A stretch of DNA of 64,000 nt from Terriglobia bacterium (lineage in GTDB: Bacteria; Acidobacteriota; Terriglobia; 20CM-2-55-15). The position numbers were made by a program, and so were the translations under genes. Of the stretch, positions 1 through 9,208 are shown in pieces. How positions within the stretch are numbered: position 1 is the stretch's first letter; each line of letters starts with the position of its first letter. Under the pieces are notes generated by a model. It saw only the letters and a program-made list of their open reading frames with translations. It had not been told where the DNA came from and did no database searches. Where the stretch lies: assembly GCA_963664115.2 (NCBI GenBank), contig CAXWPJ010000001.1:32001-96000 (forward strand), written 5' to 3'.

Positions 1-990
1 ATCCTCGTAGTCAATCTGCGTGGGAACCGTGCCGACCGCGGTTTCGGAATAGCGCACCAATCGCACCAACAGGCCCGACTCGTCATCGAAGTACAGATTC
101 ACCGGAGCCTGTCCGGGGTTTGTCCCCTGAACGACTTGAACTTGTCGATCCTCGATGAAGGTCGAGAAGCCGACCCGCCACTGACTGAAGGCTTGTTGGA
201 TCTCAGATGGAAAAGACAGCACCGCCTCCGTTCTGGCGCCGTCCAGATTCCCTCCCGTCAACTGTATCAAGGGCACCGGTTTGTCCCCCGATGCGATCCA
301 ACCTTCGCGCCCATCGAAGGTTCTGACGCTGGGCCCGAAGAACGCATCAACGATCGTCGCACGCCGATCCGGAACTTGTGCAAACACTTCCACGGGATAC
401 GGCACATGTTCGGTTTCGTATCCACTATAAATTCCTTTGGCGACGAAGCTGGTAATGTTGGACAGGAGATCGGCGCCGCCAAGCGCGTCGATATACTTGT
501 CAAAAACTTGATCGGCGTTCGGCATCCCAGGAATGGCCTGTGCGGGGAAGAAGATTTCATGAGGATCTGATGGAGGCAGCGTGTACTGGATTCCCAGGTC
601 GGGTATGACCTGGGGGCGCGGGTTGCCGCGATGGCAGCTATAACAGGTGACGAAGGGCAGTCCTCCGAAGTTGTCCCTGTTGATCTGGTTTACCATCTCC
701 GTCATCGCCCGTGCCGTCCGCTTCAAGGGCGTTTCTTCGGCAAAGTTTTCCCAACCGCTGAGGCCTTCCAAGCCGTGGCAACTCACGCAACCTAAACTCA
801 AAGAGGCCGAGTACATCCCCATCGTGTCCATGAATTCGTCCACGGGAATATCGCCGAGAACGGGAACGTTCAAGAACACGTCTCTCGCCAGCTGTGGTTG
901 CTGTTGGGGTTCTGCCGCCGATACGACGCACGCACACGCAAGAGCCATGACGAGTGCGGGCAGAAGCCGTCGCCATCGTAACTGCTTCAC
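1..990 (-). CDS. Secreted diheme c-type cytochrome (photosynthetic reaction-centre cytochrome c/PufC-like domain) with C-terminal beta-rich domain; runs off the window edge
   Basis: Not in the ORF track because it has no stop in the window. Manual translation from GTG 990 (RBS AGGAGA at 995-1000) gives MKQLRWRRLLPALVMALACACVVSAA (signal peptide), then FLNVPVLGDIPVDEFMDTMGMYSASLSLGCVSCH and FVTCYSCHRG (two CxxCH motifs). The frame is open to position 1. Confidence 0.85.
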   Translation of the reverse strand, partial: MKQLRWRRLLPALVMALACACVVSAAEPQQQPQLARDVFLNVPVLGDIPVDEFMDTMGMYSASLSLGCVSCHGLEGLSGWENFAEETPLKRTARAMTEMVNQINRDNFGGLPFVTCYSCHRGNPRPQVIPDLGIQYTLPPSDPHEIFFPAQAIPGMPNADQVFDKYIDALGGADLLSNITSFVAKGIYSGYETEHVPYPVEVFAQVPDRRATIVDAFFGPSVRTFDGREGWIASGDKPVPLIQLTGGNLDGARTEAVLSFPSEIQQAFSQWRVGFSTFIEDRQVQVVQGTNPGQAPVNLYFDDESGLLVRLVRYSETAVGTVPTQIDYED

Positions 991-1281
991 TTTGTCTCCT
1001 TAATCTTTGTGTTGAATCTTCAGGGTCTGATGATAGATCCAGGTCGTGCCGAACGGTCCGTAGGGCGGGAGGGAACGACGAGGCGGGCATCGTTCCCGTT
1101 CCCCAACGCAAGTCCGTAAGCTGTCACAACCAAACGGCAAGCGGACAAAGCCACGCGCACGCCCGAGCTACAGAATCGAATTCGGCAAGATCGCTTGCCG
1201 ACGGTCCCATGCATGCCTCGGCCGCCGCTTTCGCCGCGACCATGGAGGGGACCGTCGAACGAAGGCCGTCGACGGATGCGA

Positions 1282-1698
1282 CTATTGAGATACCACTACT
1301 CCAGTGCGCGCCGCACCGGAGGAGAAATTGACTACCGTCCCGTCGGGCCGGGTGACGTTTCCAGCCAACAGGGCCTTCGCACCTTCCTGACGCGAAGGGT
1401 TGCCTGAAACCTTTACCTTCATGCCAGCGGGGAGAGTGTCTTGCCTCCAACCTCCACGGATCATTCCAGTAGCGTGGCCGCCACCGCTGATCCTCCACAC
1501 GGTCGTCTCACCATTCGGTTCTGTCACTTCAAGAACCAACTCTGGATGGGGGTTGACCATCTTGACTTCCAAAACAACGCCTTCGATCTCAACCTCACGA
1601 TCCGTGAACCAGAAATTTACGGCCGAGTGGTGTGCCTCGGCTACAACACTCAAGGTCAAGAACAAGCCAATAGATACAACTGTCATAAACAACCGCAT
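1282..1698 (-). CDS. DUF6152-like secreted protein (copy 1)
   Basis: ATG 1698 with GGAGGA RBS. Signal peptide ends VAEA, followed by HHSAVNF; motifs EGVVLEVKMVNPH, W, GW, G..V.V.GNPSR. Homologous to 37004..37519. Confidence 0.75.
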   Translation of the reverse strand: MRLFMTVVSIGLFLTLSVVAEAHHSAVNFWFTDREVEIEGVVLEVKMVNPHPELVLEVTEPNGETTVWRISGGGHATGMIRGGWRQDTLPAGMKVKVSGNPSRQEGAKALLAGNVTRPDGTVVNFSSGAARTGVVVSQ

Positions 1699-1770
1699 AC
1701 GTGCATCCTCCGTCCGCCGGTTGAACCGGCTAGTCAAACTGGCTGGAATAATGCTCACTTTGAGCCATGG

Positions 1771-2646
1771 CTACTGCCTCAACCTCTCCAGCTCGTTTGC
1801 ATACTCCGCATCATCCGCATACCTTTGAGGTATCGTATCGTACAAGTGGTTCAGGCCGACCTCGGGATCGCAATTCCATTCGCCGACGAAGTCCGTATCG
1901 GTCTTTATATACGGATTCGTCCATGTCACCGGCTCATTCAGGAATGTAGGATCCTCTACCGTCATTTCAATCTCCAGTTCCCCTGGGCCAACCGCCCTGT
2001 AACGTTCGGTCAACTTTTTTCTGAACGAGGTTGCCATATGGATGTGGTCGTCCCACCCATCTGGATCAAATACGAAATTTGTGGTTTCGACAACAAATTC
2101 ATCTCCTTCCATGCGGCCGATAGAGTGGCCATGCTGAAAGGTCTGTTCAGCGGGCGGGTGAGGCCGTCCATCAACCCAAATACTCCGCACCCAATTCGAT
2201 TGCTCGAAGTGTTGCAGTACGACATCCGACCTGGCGGTTAGATTCCACAAATACGGCTCCGAAAGCAGGATCTGAATGCCTTCCGCGACACAGGTCCACT
2301 TACCTGATATTGGTTCGTCAACAAACTCAAGCCAAGCATGTGCTCTTCCGTTCATCACCGATTCCACTTGCTCCACGGGATACTGGCAGGTTCCCTGCGG
2401 ATTGCCATAAGCGCCTGTTGTGGAGCCGCAAGAGAAACCGGTGAACGATCTCGTATACTGCCACATGCCTATGAAGTCTCGGTTAAAGTTAAAAACCGTT
2501 GGAGTTTCCGGGAAGCCGGAAGGCGTTGGATTCTGAGCGGCCAAATCCGCCGGCCCGACGCCGCTTACGATCATCAGAAACGCGAGACTCACTGCCACGT
2601 TTTGTGCCCTCAACCAGCGCAATCCGGCTTCCTTGAGGTAGTACAT
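1771..2646 (-). CDS. Conserved secreted hypothetical protein, 'GHSxGxxEGDxxVVxT' family (copy 1)
   Basis: ATG 2646 with AAGGAG RBS. Signal peptide; motifs DFIGMW, WVRSIWVDGRPHP, GHSIGRMEGDEFVVETTNF, LTERY, EDP, EWNC. Homologous to 37600..38451. Confidence 0.75.
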   Translation of the reverse strand: MYYLKEAGLRWLRAQNVAVSLAFLMIVSGVGPADLAAQNPTPSGFPETPTVFNFNRDFIGMWQYTRSFTGFSCGSTTGAYGNPQGTCQYPVEQVESVMNGRAHAWLEFVDEPISGKWTCVAEGIQILLSEPYLWNLTARSDVVLQHFEQSNWVRSIWVDGRPHPPAEQTFQHGHSIGRMEGDEFVVETTNFVFDPDGWDDHIHMATSFRKKLTERYRAVGPGELEIEMTVEDPTFLNEPVTWTNPYIKTDTDFVGEWNCDPEVGLNHLYDTIPQRYADDAEYANELERLRQ

Positions 2647-3057
2647 GTTCACGCTCCTTTGCAAATTTTTAGACAAGAATCTATTGCGGCACTTAGTGCG
2701 CTTTTGTTTTAGTTAAAACACCCTATTATGTGCGGAAACTCAGTGTCAACTGGATTTTTAATACTGTCAACCTGGGACTATCGCTGCCAGCCTTGCGGAA
2801 TGAAATTCACACGATCTCTCTATTACGGGCACAAACAACCACGCGAATTCTTCAGTCATGCCCGCGTCTAACAGTCATGCCTTCAGTAAACGCATGACAC
2901 CAATCGGCACGCGAACGATCGGGCGCCCATGTGTCTCCTTCCGGCACGTCCTTCTTCTCCCCGCATCGCTCTTGCGTCTCGCTGCAGTCGATTTCCAGAG
3001 ACTGAAGGGGTAGAATACGCGTCTCAGGACATCCGCAAACAGAGCAGGAGGGATTGG

Positions 3058-3909
3058 ATGCGCACTAAAATTTTAGTTATATCGCTGGCCGCGATTGTGG
3101 GCGTTGCCCTCGCTGCTGTAACGGCAGCAACGCAACAGCCGGAACAACCGCCGGTAGAGATCAGTGAAGTGGCCGATGGCCTGTACATCGTCACAGGGCC
3201 GGGGGGCAACGTTGGCGTACGCGTCACATCGGAAGGTGTCGTCGTCATCGATGACAAGTTCGAGGACAACTACGACGACATCGTTGCCAGCATCGCGAGC
3301 GTCACAGACCAGCCGATCCGCTATGTTTTCAATACGCACCATCATGGGGATCACACCGGCAGCAACGTACAATTCGCAGCGCTCGCGCCGATCTTGGCAC
3401 ACGAGAACGTGCGCACGAACATCCTTAGAAACGATCAACCTGGAGCGCCATCCATTGTCTATACAGACCAGACGGCCGTCTACCTGGGCGATGCGACTGT
3501 CGAAGCCCTCTATATGGGCCGCGGACACACCGATGGTGACTCCGTCATCTATTTCCCGGACTTGAGGGTCGTCCACATGGGTGATCTGTCTTTCGGTGGG
3601 GGCACACCCTACATCGACTTCGGCAACGGTGGAAGCGCCCTCGAGTTGATGCGCACTTACGACAATATTCTCGAACTGGATTTCGACACAGCTATTCCCG
3701 GTCACGGTAACGTGATGACGAAGGCCGACGTCGCAGTTTTTCGGGACGCGTTCCAGGATCTTCTCGACACCGGCCGGCAGCTCATATCGGATGGCGTTTC
3801 CGAGGACGACTTAGCCGCGCGCCTGGCTCAGGTATACCCGGAATTGAGTTACGAAACCGGATTCCCGGCCCAGAGCATACCGGGGATTTACGCGGAACTT
3901 TCAGAGTAG
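3058..3909 (+). CDS. Secreted MBL-fold metallo-hydrolase (cyclase/glyoxalase II-like)
   Basis: ATG 3058 after AGGAGG. Signal peptide; NTHHHGDHTG, GHTDGD, HMGDL and IPGHG motifs. Confidence 0.9.
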   Translation: MRTKILVISLAAIVGVALAAVTAATQQPEQPPVEISEVADGLYIVTGPGGNVGVRVTSEGVVVIDDKFEDNYDDIVASIASVTDQPIRYVFNTHHHGDHTGSNVQFAALAPILAHENVRTNILRNDQPGAPSIVYTDQTAVYLGDATVEALYMGRGHTDGDSVIYFPDLRVVHMGDLSFGGGTPYIDFGNGGSALELMRTYDNILELDFDTAIPGHGNVMTKADVAVFRDAFQDLLDTGRQLISDGVSEDDLAARLAQVYPELSYETGFPAQSIPGIYAELSE

Positions 3910-3949
3910 TCTTTGCCCGGACCATAGTTCGTGAGCGGCGTCCTGATTA

Positions 3950-4244
3950 GTGACCTGTACCACCCAAATCGGGACCAGCGCCGATGGGTCTTGCTGGCGA
4001 GATCGAGGCGCGAGACGGAAGTCGATGTTTTTGCATCGAGGACGGCTCGTAACGAAGATATCGTCGGCAACCCCCATCGGCCCAAAGGGTTCGGGCAAAA
4101 CGGCATTGCCTTCGTTGTCGTCAGCTCCTCGGAATGCAGAAACATTTCCTCGTCGCTGTGACGTCGAGTCGTCGCCAAGTCGTCTCCTGGAATCCAGCGC
4201 CGTTTGGCCCGAACGCTGGTCCCGATTTGGGTGGTACAGGCCAC
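3950..4244. mobile_element. MITE-like element (295 bp) with long terminal inverted repeats and TA flanks
   Basis: 34-bp inverted repeat with 1 mismatch at 3947-3980 and 4214-4247. TA at 3948-49 and 4245-46. Nested internal hairpins; no credible ORF. Confidence 0.75.
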
Positions 4245-4324
4245 TAACTCATTGATGGGCTCAATAATGGGCGTAATGGACGCCGCACCCTTCCCTCCCC
4301 GATCCACATGTCTATACATGGCAA

Positions 4325-5491
4325 ATGCGTTTTTCCGAACTGACTACCCAATTCCCTGATTCTACGAATCGGCTCTACGCTCGGCTTGGGCAGTTGAAAT
4401 CCGAGGGCTTCGATCACGTCGATCTCATCGGAAGTCAATTCAGCGACACCGGAACCGTTTTTCCCAGAGAAATACTCGACGGAATTCTTACCAAAGCTTC
4501 CAGGCAGGCTCAGACCTATCGCCCCGATTCTCTCGGTCAACGTGTGGCACGTAATGCGATTGCAGCACACTACGAAAACCGGACGGTATCTCCCGAACGC
4601 ATCCTGCTCACTCCCGGAACCAGCATCGCGTACTGGTACGCGTTCAAGCTCCTGTGTGAACCGGGAGAGAATGTTCTCTGTCCCGTTCCCGCCTATCCGC
4701 TCTTCGATTACATCGCACGTCTCGCTGGAGTTGAGATCTCACACTACCGCCTCGACGAAGATCGCGGCTGGGAGATCGACCTGGAACACCTCGAAGATCA
4801 AATTACCGCTCAGACGCGCGCTATCGTTCTGATCTCACCACACAACCCCACGGGTATGGTGGCTGACCGGGATCAGATCGAGAGCCTTGCCGGGATCGCG
4901 GGTCGCCACCAACTCCCGATCATCTCGGATGAGGTCTTCTGGAATTTCACGTTCGGGGGCGACCCGGTTCCGCGACCTTTGGACACAGAAGCACCGCTGG
5001 TATTCACCCTGAACGGCTTTTCGAAGATGTATGCCCTGCCCGGACTCAAACTGGGGTGGATGGCAGTCTCCGGTGAAGACGCTCTGGTTCGAAAGTCCAT
5101 GACGACACTGGAGCTGATCGCAGACACGTTTCTCCCCATCAACGAAATCGTCCAGTTTTCAGTCCCGGGTATTTTCGATCAGGGGACGGCGTTCCTGAAA
5201 GGTTACAAACAGACGGTTCTGATGTGCCGGAACACAATGCTTGAAATTCTGGGGTCAGCTGTTCCGGTTCCACCCCTCGGCGGGTTTTACGTGGTGGTTC
5301 CTTTTGACAGAGACAAATGTCACGCGGAAGAAGAAGATCTCGCGATCACGATGTTGGAGAAAGACCACGTCCTCGTCCATCCCGGATACTTCTATGACAT
5401 CGAAGGTCATCACCTCGTGTTTTCGTTTCTTCACGACACAACTATTTTGAAAGATGTTCTTCCGCGGATTCGGAAGCGTATCGGGGTTTGA
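4325..5491 (+). CDS. PLP-dependent aminotransferase class I/II
   Basis: ISPHNPTG, IISDEVF, and NGFSKMYALPGLKLGW (PLP lysine) motifs. Confidence 0.92.
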   Translation: MRFSELTTQFPDSTNRLYARLGQLKSEGFDHVDLIGSQFSDTGTVFPREILDGILTKASRQAQTYRPDSLGQRVARNAIAAHYENRTVSPERILLTPGTSIAYWYAFKLLCEPGENVLCPVPAYPLFDYIARLAGVEISHYRLDEDRGWEIDLEHLEDQITAQTRAIVLISPHNPTGMVADRDQIESLAGIAGRHQLPIISDEVFWNFTFGGDPVPRPLDTEAPLVFTLNGFSKMYALPGLKLGWMAVSGEDALVRKSMTTLELIADTFLPINEIVQFSVPGIFDQGTAFLKGYKQTVLMCRNTMLEILGSAVPVPPLGGFYVVVPFDRDKCHAEEEDLAITMLEKDHVLVHPGYFYDIEGHHLVFSFLHDTTILKDVLPRIRKRIGV

Positions 5492-5500
5492 GTGAAAAGC

Positions 5501-8023
5501 TCAGACGTCCGCCTGGCGGAGCACTTCGAGCGGCTTCTGGTTGAGGACACGGAAGCTGGCCGCCCATCCGGTAATCACGGCGAGCAAGGCTGTCAGCCCC
5601 GTCGCGACAACGAGGGGCAATCCGTTAAATGTATAGGTTCCGTCCATCAACTGCTGGATCACGATTGCTGTAAACCCGGCCGCCAGCAGGCTTCCGATCA
5701 AACCCGCCGCCAGTCCCAGGACGAGGAACTCGATGGAGAAGACGCCAACGATCCTGCGGCGCGTGGCACCGACAGTCTTTAAGATCGCAACCTCGCGAAT
5801 CCGTCGATAGCGCGTTCCCGCGATGCTGGACGCGAGGATGATCAGTCCACCCAGAATGGCAAAGGCGGCGACAAACCGCACCGTGAGGCTGATACGGCCC
5901 ACCATTTCCTGAACGATTTCCAGGATGTCGGCAGCGTTGACGACTGTTACGGATGGATAGCTGGCAAAAACAGCCCGCTGCAAAGCTCCGACCTTGTCGG
6001 ACTCCACCCGCAGGGCCCCGTAGTAGATTCCGGGAAATTCATCCAGGGTGCCCGGCGTCAGAATGAACTGATTGTTTGCTCCAACTCGCGTACCGTCAGT
6101 CCGACGGACGTTCGCGACGCGAGCAGACTGTGTGGTTCCACCGATGTTCCACTCCACAGTATCGCCAGGCGACAGGCGAAGGATACCTGCGGCGTTCTCT
6201 TCCACCGACACCCATCCCGGCTCGGCCCCGGACTCCCACCACTCGCCTTCGAGGATTTCCGTGGCCTCAGGTTGATCGAGCGACCACGTCAGTGAAAACT
6301 GGACTCGGAGGTAGCGCCGTTCACCCTCGACCAGGTTCATCTCTTCGATGGGAACTCCATTAACAGCATGCAGCATACCCGACACTGCCGGCGCGGCCGG
6401 CGGCGCTTCGATCACGCCCTCCTGCGTTTCGAGAAGGGCCCACAGGCCGTCCTTTTCCCGATCCGTGATGTTGATCATATAGACGTTGGGCATGTCGGGG
6501 GGCGCGCTGGTCAGGAGTTGCTCGACCAGGGATGTCTGCAGCAGATGGATCGAAAGCGTGAACATGACACCAATACCGAGAGCGACCAGCACGGCAACCA
6601 TGTGTGTCCCGGGCCGGTATAGGTTGGCGATGCCGTGCCGGAGTCCGGGATGCCAGTTCGTCGAATACCGGTCCAGAACGCGCCGGATCACAACCATCAA
6701 GCCTTTTCCGACGGCCCCCAGCAGGAGGACGCTGACGACCAAGCCTCCCGCAAAAATGGACCCGGCCCTGAAGGAAGAACCGATCCATACGGCCATCACC
6801 CACAATCCAATCGCAATCACGGCAATCGCACCATAGGGACGCCAGTCCCGTCGCGGGGCGATGTCTTCGATCATGTCCCTCCTGAAAATCTGGGCAGGCC
6901 GTATGTCTGCAATCGACAGCAGCGGTGGGAGGGTAAACAGAAGTGCGGTCAGCAGGCCGGCAAGCACGCCCTGGATGACGGGTGCAGCCGAAAAGACCAG
7001 ATGGACATCGACATCGAAATAATCCGCCAGAAATTGCGGAAAAACCCACTGCGCCCCGAATCCAAGCACAACACCAATGATGCTGCCGGTCACACCCAAC
7101 AAGGCCGCCTGGACAAGGTATATCCGCATTATCTGGCGCGACTTGCCGCCCAAACATTTGATCATCGCGATCGAATCCATCTTCTGGCGCAGGTGGCCCT
7201 CGATCGATGTTGCCACCCCGATTCCGCCGACAATCAACGCAATCAGACTCACCAGGCTCAAGAACGTTGTGGCGCGTCTCAATCCCCGCGATAGCGTGCG
7301 ATTCTCTTCGGTAAAATCGGAGATGCGGGCGCGGCGCCCGAATACAGCTTGGATTTCGGCTCGGGTGCGGTCCAGGTCCGTCCCTTCCGGCAACCGGAGC
7401 AGTAGCCGTCGAGTCGCCCGGCTGCCGCGTACGTTGAGTCCTGCCAGCTCGTACCCGTTGTGTGTCATCAGAACACGGGGCCCCAGCGTAAAGCCGGTGG
7501 TCATCCGGTCCGGCTCTCTGATGGCGACCGCGGCAATGCGAAATTCGCCGGCACTCACCTGGACCGTATCTCCTACCTCAACGCCCAGACGCAACAACAG
7601 ATCAGCAGAAACGATTACGGCATCGTCGTCCATGTCAGGTTCTGGAGGATCCAACTCGATCGCGCCGTAGTAGGGATAGACAGACAGGTCGGCTGCTTTG
7701 ATGGAACTGAGCAACGGTTGCGGCTGGACCTCGGAAGAGGACATCGAAACCGTCTCGGTCACCGGGGTATAGTCGATGCCACGCTCCCGAAGTCCATCCA
7801 GGAAAGCCAGTTCCTCTTCGGTCGGATCGACTGAAAGCCGTATCACGAGGTCAGCGCCCATGAGTGTCCGGGCCTCCGCGAGCAAGGTATATCGGACGGA
7901 CTCGTTGAACCCTTTGACGCCACTCAAAGCCGCCACACCCATAGCGATTGAGAGAACCACGAAGACGAAGCGTCCTTTGGAGGCGCGTGCTTCACGCCAA
8001 GCCATTCTCAAGGCAAATTTCAT
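5501..8023 (-). CDS. ybbP: ABC transporter permease, FtsX/MacB-like (YbbP family)
   Basis: About 840 aa with two FtsX-like repeats; starts MKFALRMAWREAR (ATG 8023). Adjacent to an ABC ATPase and a divergent tesA. Confidence 0.85.
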   Translation of the reverse strand: MKFALRMAWREARASKGRFVFVVLSIAMGVAALSGVKGFNESVRYTLLAEARTLMGADLVIRLSVDPTEEELAFLDGLRERGIDYTPVTETVSMSSSEVQPQPLLSSIKAADLSVYPYYGAIELDPPEPDMDDDAVIVSADLLLRLGVEVGDTVQVSAGEFRIAAVAIREPDRMTTGFTLGPRVLMTHNGYELAGLNVRGSRATRRLLLRLPEGTDLDRTRAEIQAVFGRRARISDFTEENRTLSRGLRRATTFLSLVSLIALIVGGIGVATSIEGHLRQKMDSIAMIKCLGGKSRQIMRIYLVQAALLGVTGSIIGVVLGFGAQWVFPQFLADYFDVDVHLVFSAAPVIQGVLAGLLTALLFTLPPLLSIADIRPAQIFRRDMIEDIAPRRDWRPYGAIAVIAIGLWVMAVWIGSSFRAGSIFAGGLVVSVLLLGAVGKGLMVVIRRVLDRYSTNWHPGLRHGIANLYRPGTHMVAVLVALGIGVMFTLSIHLLQTSLVEQLLTSAPPDMPNVYMINITDREKDGLWALLETQEGVIEAPPAAPAVSGMLHAVNGVPIEEMNLVEGERRYLRVQFSLTWSLDQPEATEILEGEWWESGAEPGWVSVEENAAGILRLSPGDTVEWNIGGTTQSARVANVRRTDGTRVGANNQFILTPGTLDEFPGIYYGALRVESDKVGALQRAVFASYPSVTVVNAADILEIVQEMVGRISLTVRFVAAFAILGGLIILASSIAGTRYRRIREVAILKTVGATRRRIVGVFSIEFLVLGLAAGLIGSLLAAGFTAIVIQQLMDGTYTFNGLPLVVATGLTALLAVITGWAASFRVLNQKPLEVLRQADV

Positions 8024-8027
8024 CTTT

Positions 8028-8255
8028 TTAGCGTCGGGCCCACCGGCCCCCTCAATATTCGACCTATCGAGTACACTCACCCTCCTCTTTGCCTGCTCTG
8101 AGGGAGCTCCACCGCCGGTCCGGTCCCCCCACGCCCGTTAGCGTCGGGCCCACCGGCCCCCTCAATATTCGACCTATCGAGTACACTCACCCTCCTCTTT
8201 GCCTGCTCTGAGGGAGCTCCACCGCCGGTCCGGCCCCCCCACGCCCGTTAGCGTC
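8028..8255. repeat. 110-bp tandem repeat (2 units plus 8 bp)
   Basis: Units start at 8028 and 8138 and differ at one base (cggtcccccc vs cggccccccc). TTAGCGTC occurs at 8028, 8138 and 8248. Confidence 0.9.
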
Positions 8256-8292
8256 AGTCTCACCGGATCATCAGACATGCTTTCAAAAACCT

Positions 8293-8377
8293 TTAAACAC
8301 GAAGGCCACGAAGGGAAACGAAGTAACTTCGGTCATAGAAAATACAAATCGAAATATCTTCGTTTTCTTCGTGTTAA
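8293..8377. repeat. Palindromic element built of ACGAAG/CTTCGT subrepeats
   Basis: ACGAAG at 8299, 8308 and 8318; CTTCGT at 8358 and 8367. The outer arms ttaaacacgaag and cttcgtgttaa pair imperfectly. Confidence 0.6.
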
Positions 8378-8390
8378 AAATCCCTAATCC

Positions 8391-9080
8391 CTAGCGGTCA
8401 CTCGCAGCCATCTCGTCGTGAACAATCTGGCCGTCAAGCATTTGGATCCGGCGGTCTGCATGGGAGGCCAGTTCCTGATCGTGCGTCACAAGAACCAGGG
8501 TCGTTCCGCGCTCCTGGTTCAATTTGAGAAGGAGTTCCAGAACATGTTTTCCGTTGGTGCTATCAAGATTGCCTGTCGGTTCATCAGCCAGCAGAACGGC
8601 GGGCTCCATCATGAAGGCACGGGCAATGGCCACCCGTTGTTGTTCGCCTCCTGAGAGTTGTGCCGGGTAGTGGTCCTCCCGGTCCAACAGTCCAACCCCG
8701 TCGAGCAATTCCCTCGCGCGGCCCCGCGCACCGTTGGCACCCTTGCCGGTCATCTCTGAGGGCAGGAGAACGTTTTCCATAGCCGTCAATGTGGGCATCA
8801 AGTGATAGGCCTGGAACACGAAACCCATCTTGCGCCCCCGGATCGTCGCCAGTTCGTCCTCACCGAGTTCAGTGATTTCTATCCCGTCAACCAAGACTGA
8901 ACCCGACGTCGGCCAATCCAGACCCGCCAACATCCCCAACAGCGTGGTCTTGCCACTGCCGGACGGACCCATAAACGCGACGACCTGCGCCGCAGGCACT
9001 TCAAAGCTGATGTCTCTGAGAATCTCGACGCGGTGGGTCGACGTTTCGATAGTCTTGACGAGATTTTTGACGACGATCAT
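8391..9080 (-). CDS. ybbA: ABC transporter ATP-binding protein (YbbA/LolD-like)
   Basis: GPSGSGKT, LSGGEQQRVAIARA, LLADEPTGNLD, VTHD; ATG 9080. Confidence 0.92.
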   Translation of the reverse strand: MIVVKNLVKTIETSTHRVEILRDISFEVPAAQVVAFMGPSGSGKTTLLGMLAGLDWPTSGSVLVDGIEITELGEDELATIRGRKMGFVFQAYHLMPTLTAMENVLLPSEMTGKGANGARGRARELLDGVGLLDREDHYPAQLSGGEQQRVAIARAFMMEPAVLLADEPTGNLDSTNGKHVLELLLKLNQERGTTLVLVTHDQELASHADRRIQMLDGQIVHDEMAASDR

Positions 9081-9084
9081 GTTT

Positions 9085-9163
9085 ACACGGATTGCACGGA
9101 TCAATGCGCGGGTTACGCGGATTGAATCCGGGTAATCAACCCCAATCCGCTAAATCTGCGTTT
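9085..9163. repeat. Palindromic element of 9-nt (a/g)CaCGGATT subrepeats and inverted AATCCG copies
   Basis: acacggatt gcacggatc ... acgcggatt, then aatccgggt ... aatccgcta aatctgcgt. Confidence 0.6.
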
Positions 9164-9208
9164 CAGTATCGTACACTATCCCTTCGGAGCGGAAGACCGC
9201 CGATCGGA

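Noticed and set aside
1-990. Evidence for phototrophy from the PufC-like cytochrome
   Set aside because: Only two hemes, and no puf/psc/bch genes in the window.
8028-8255. CRISPR array
   Set aside because: Units are 110 bp and near-identical throughout; there are no unique spacers and no cas genes.
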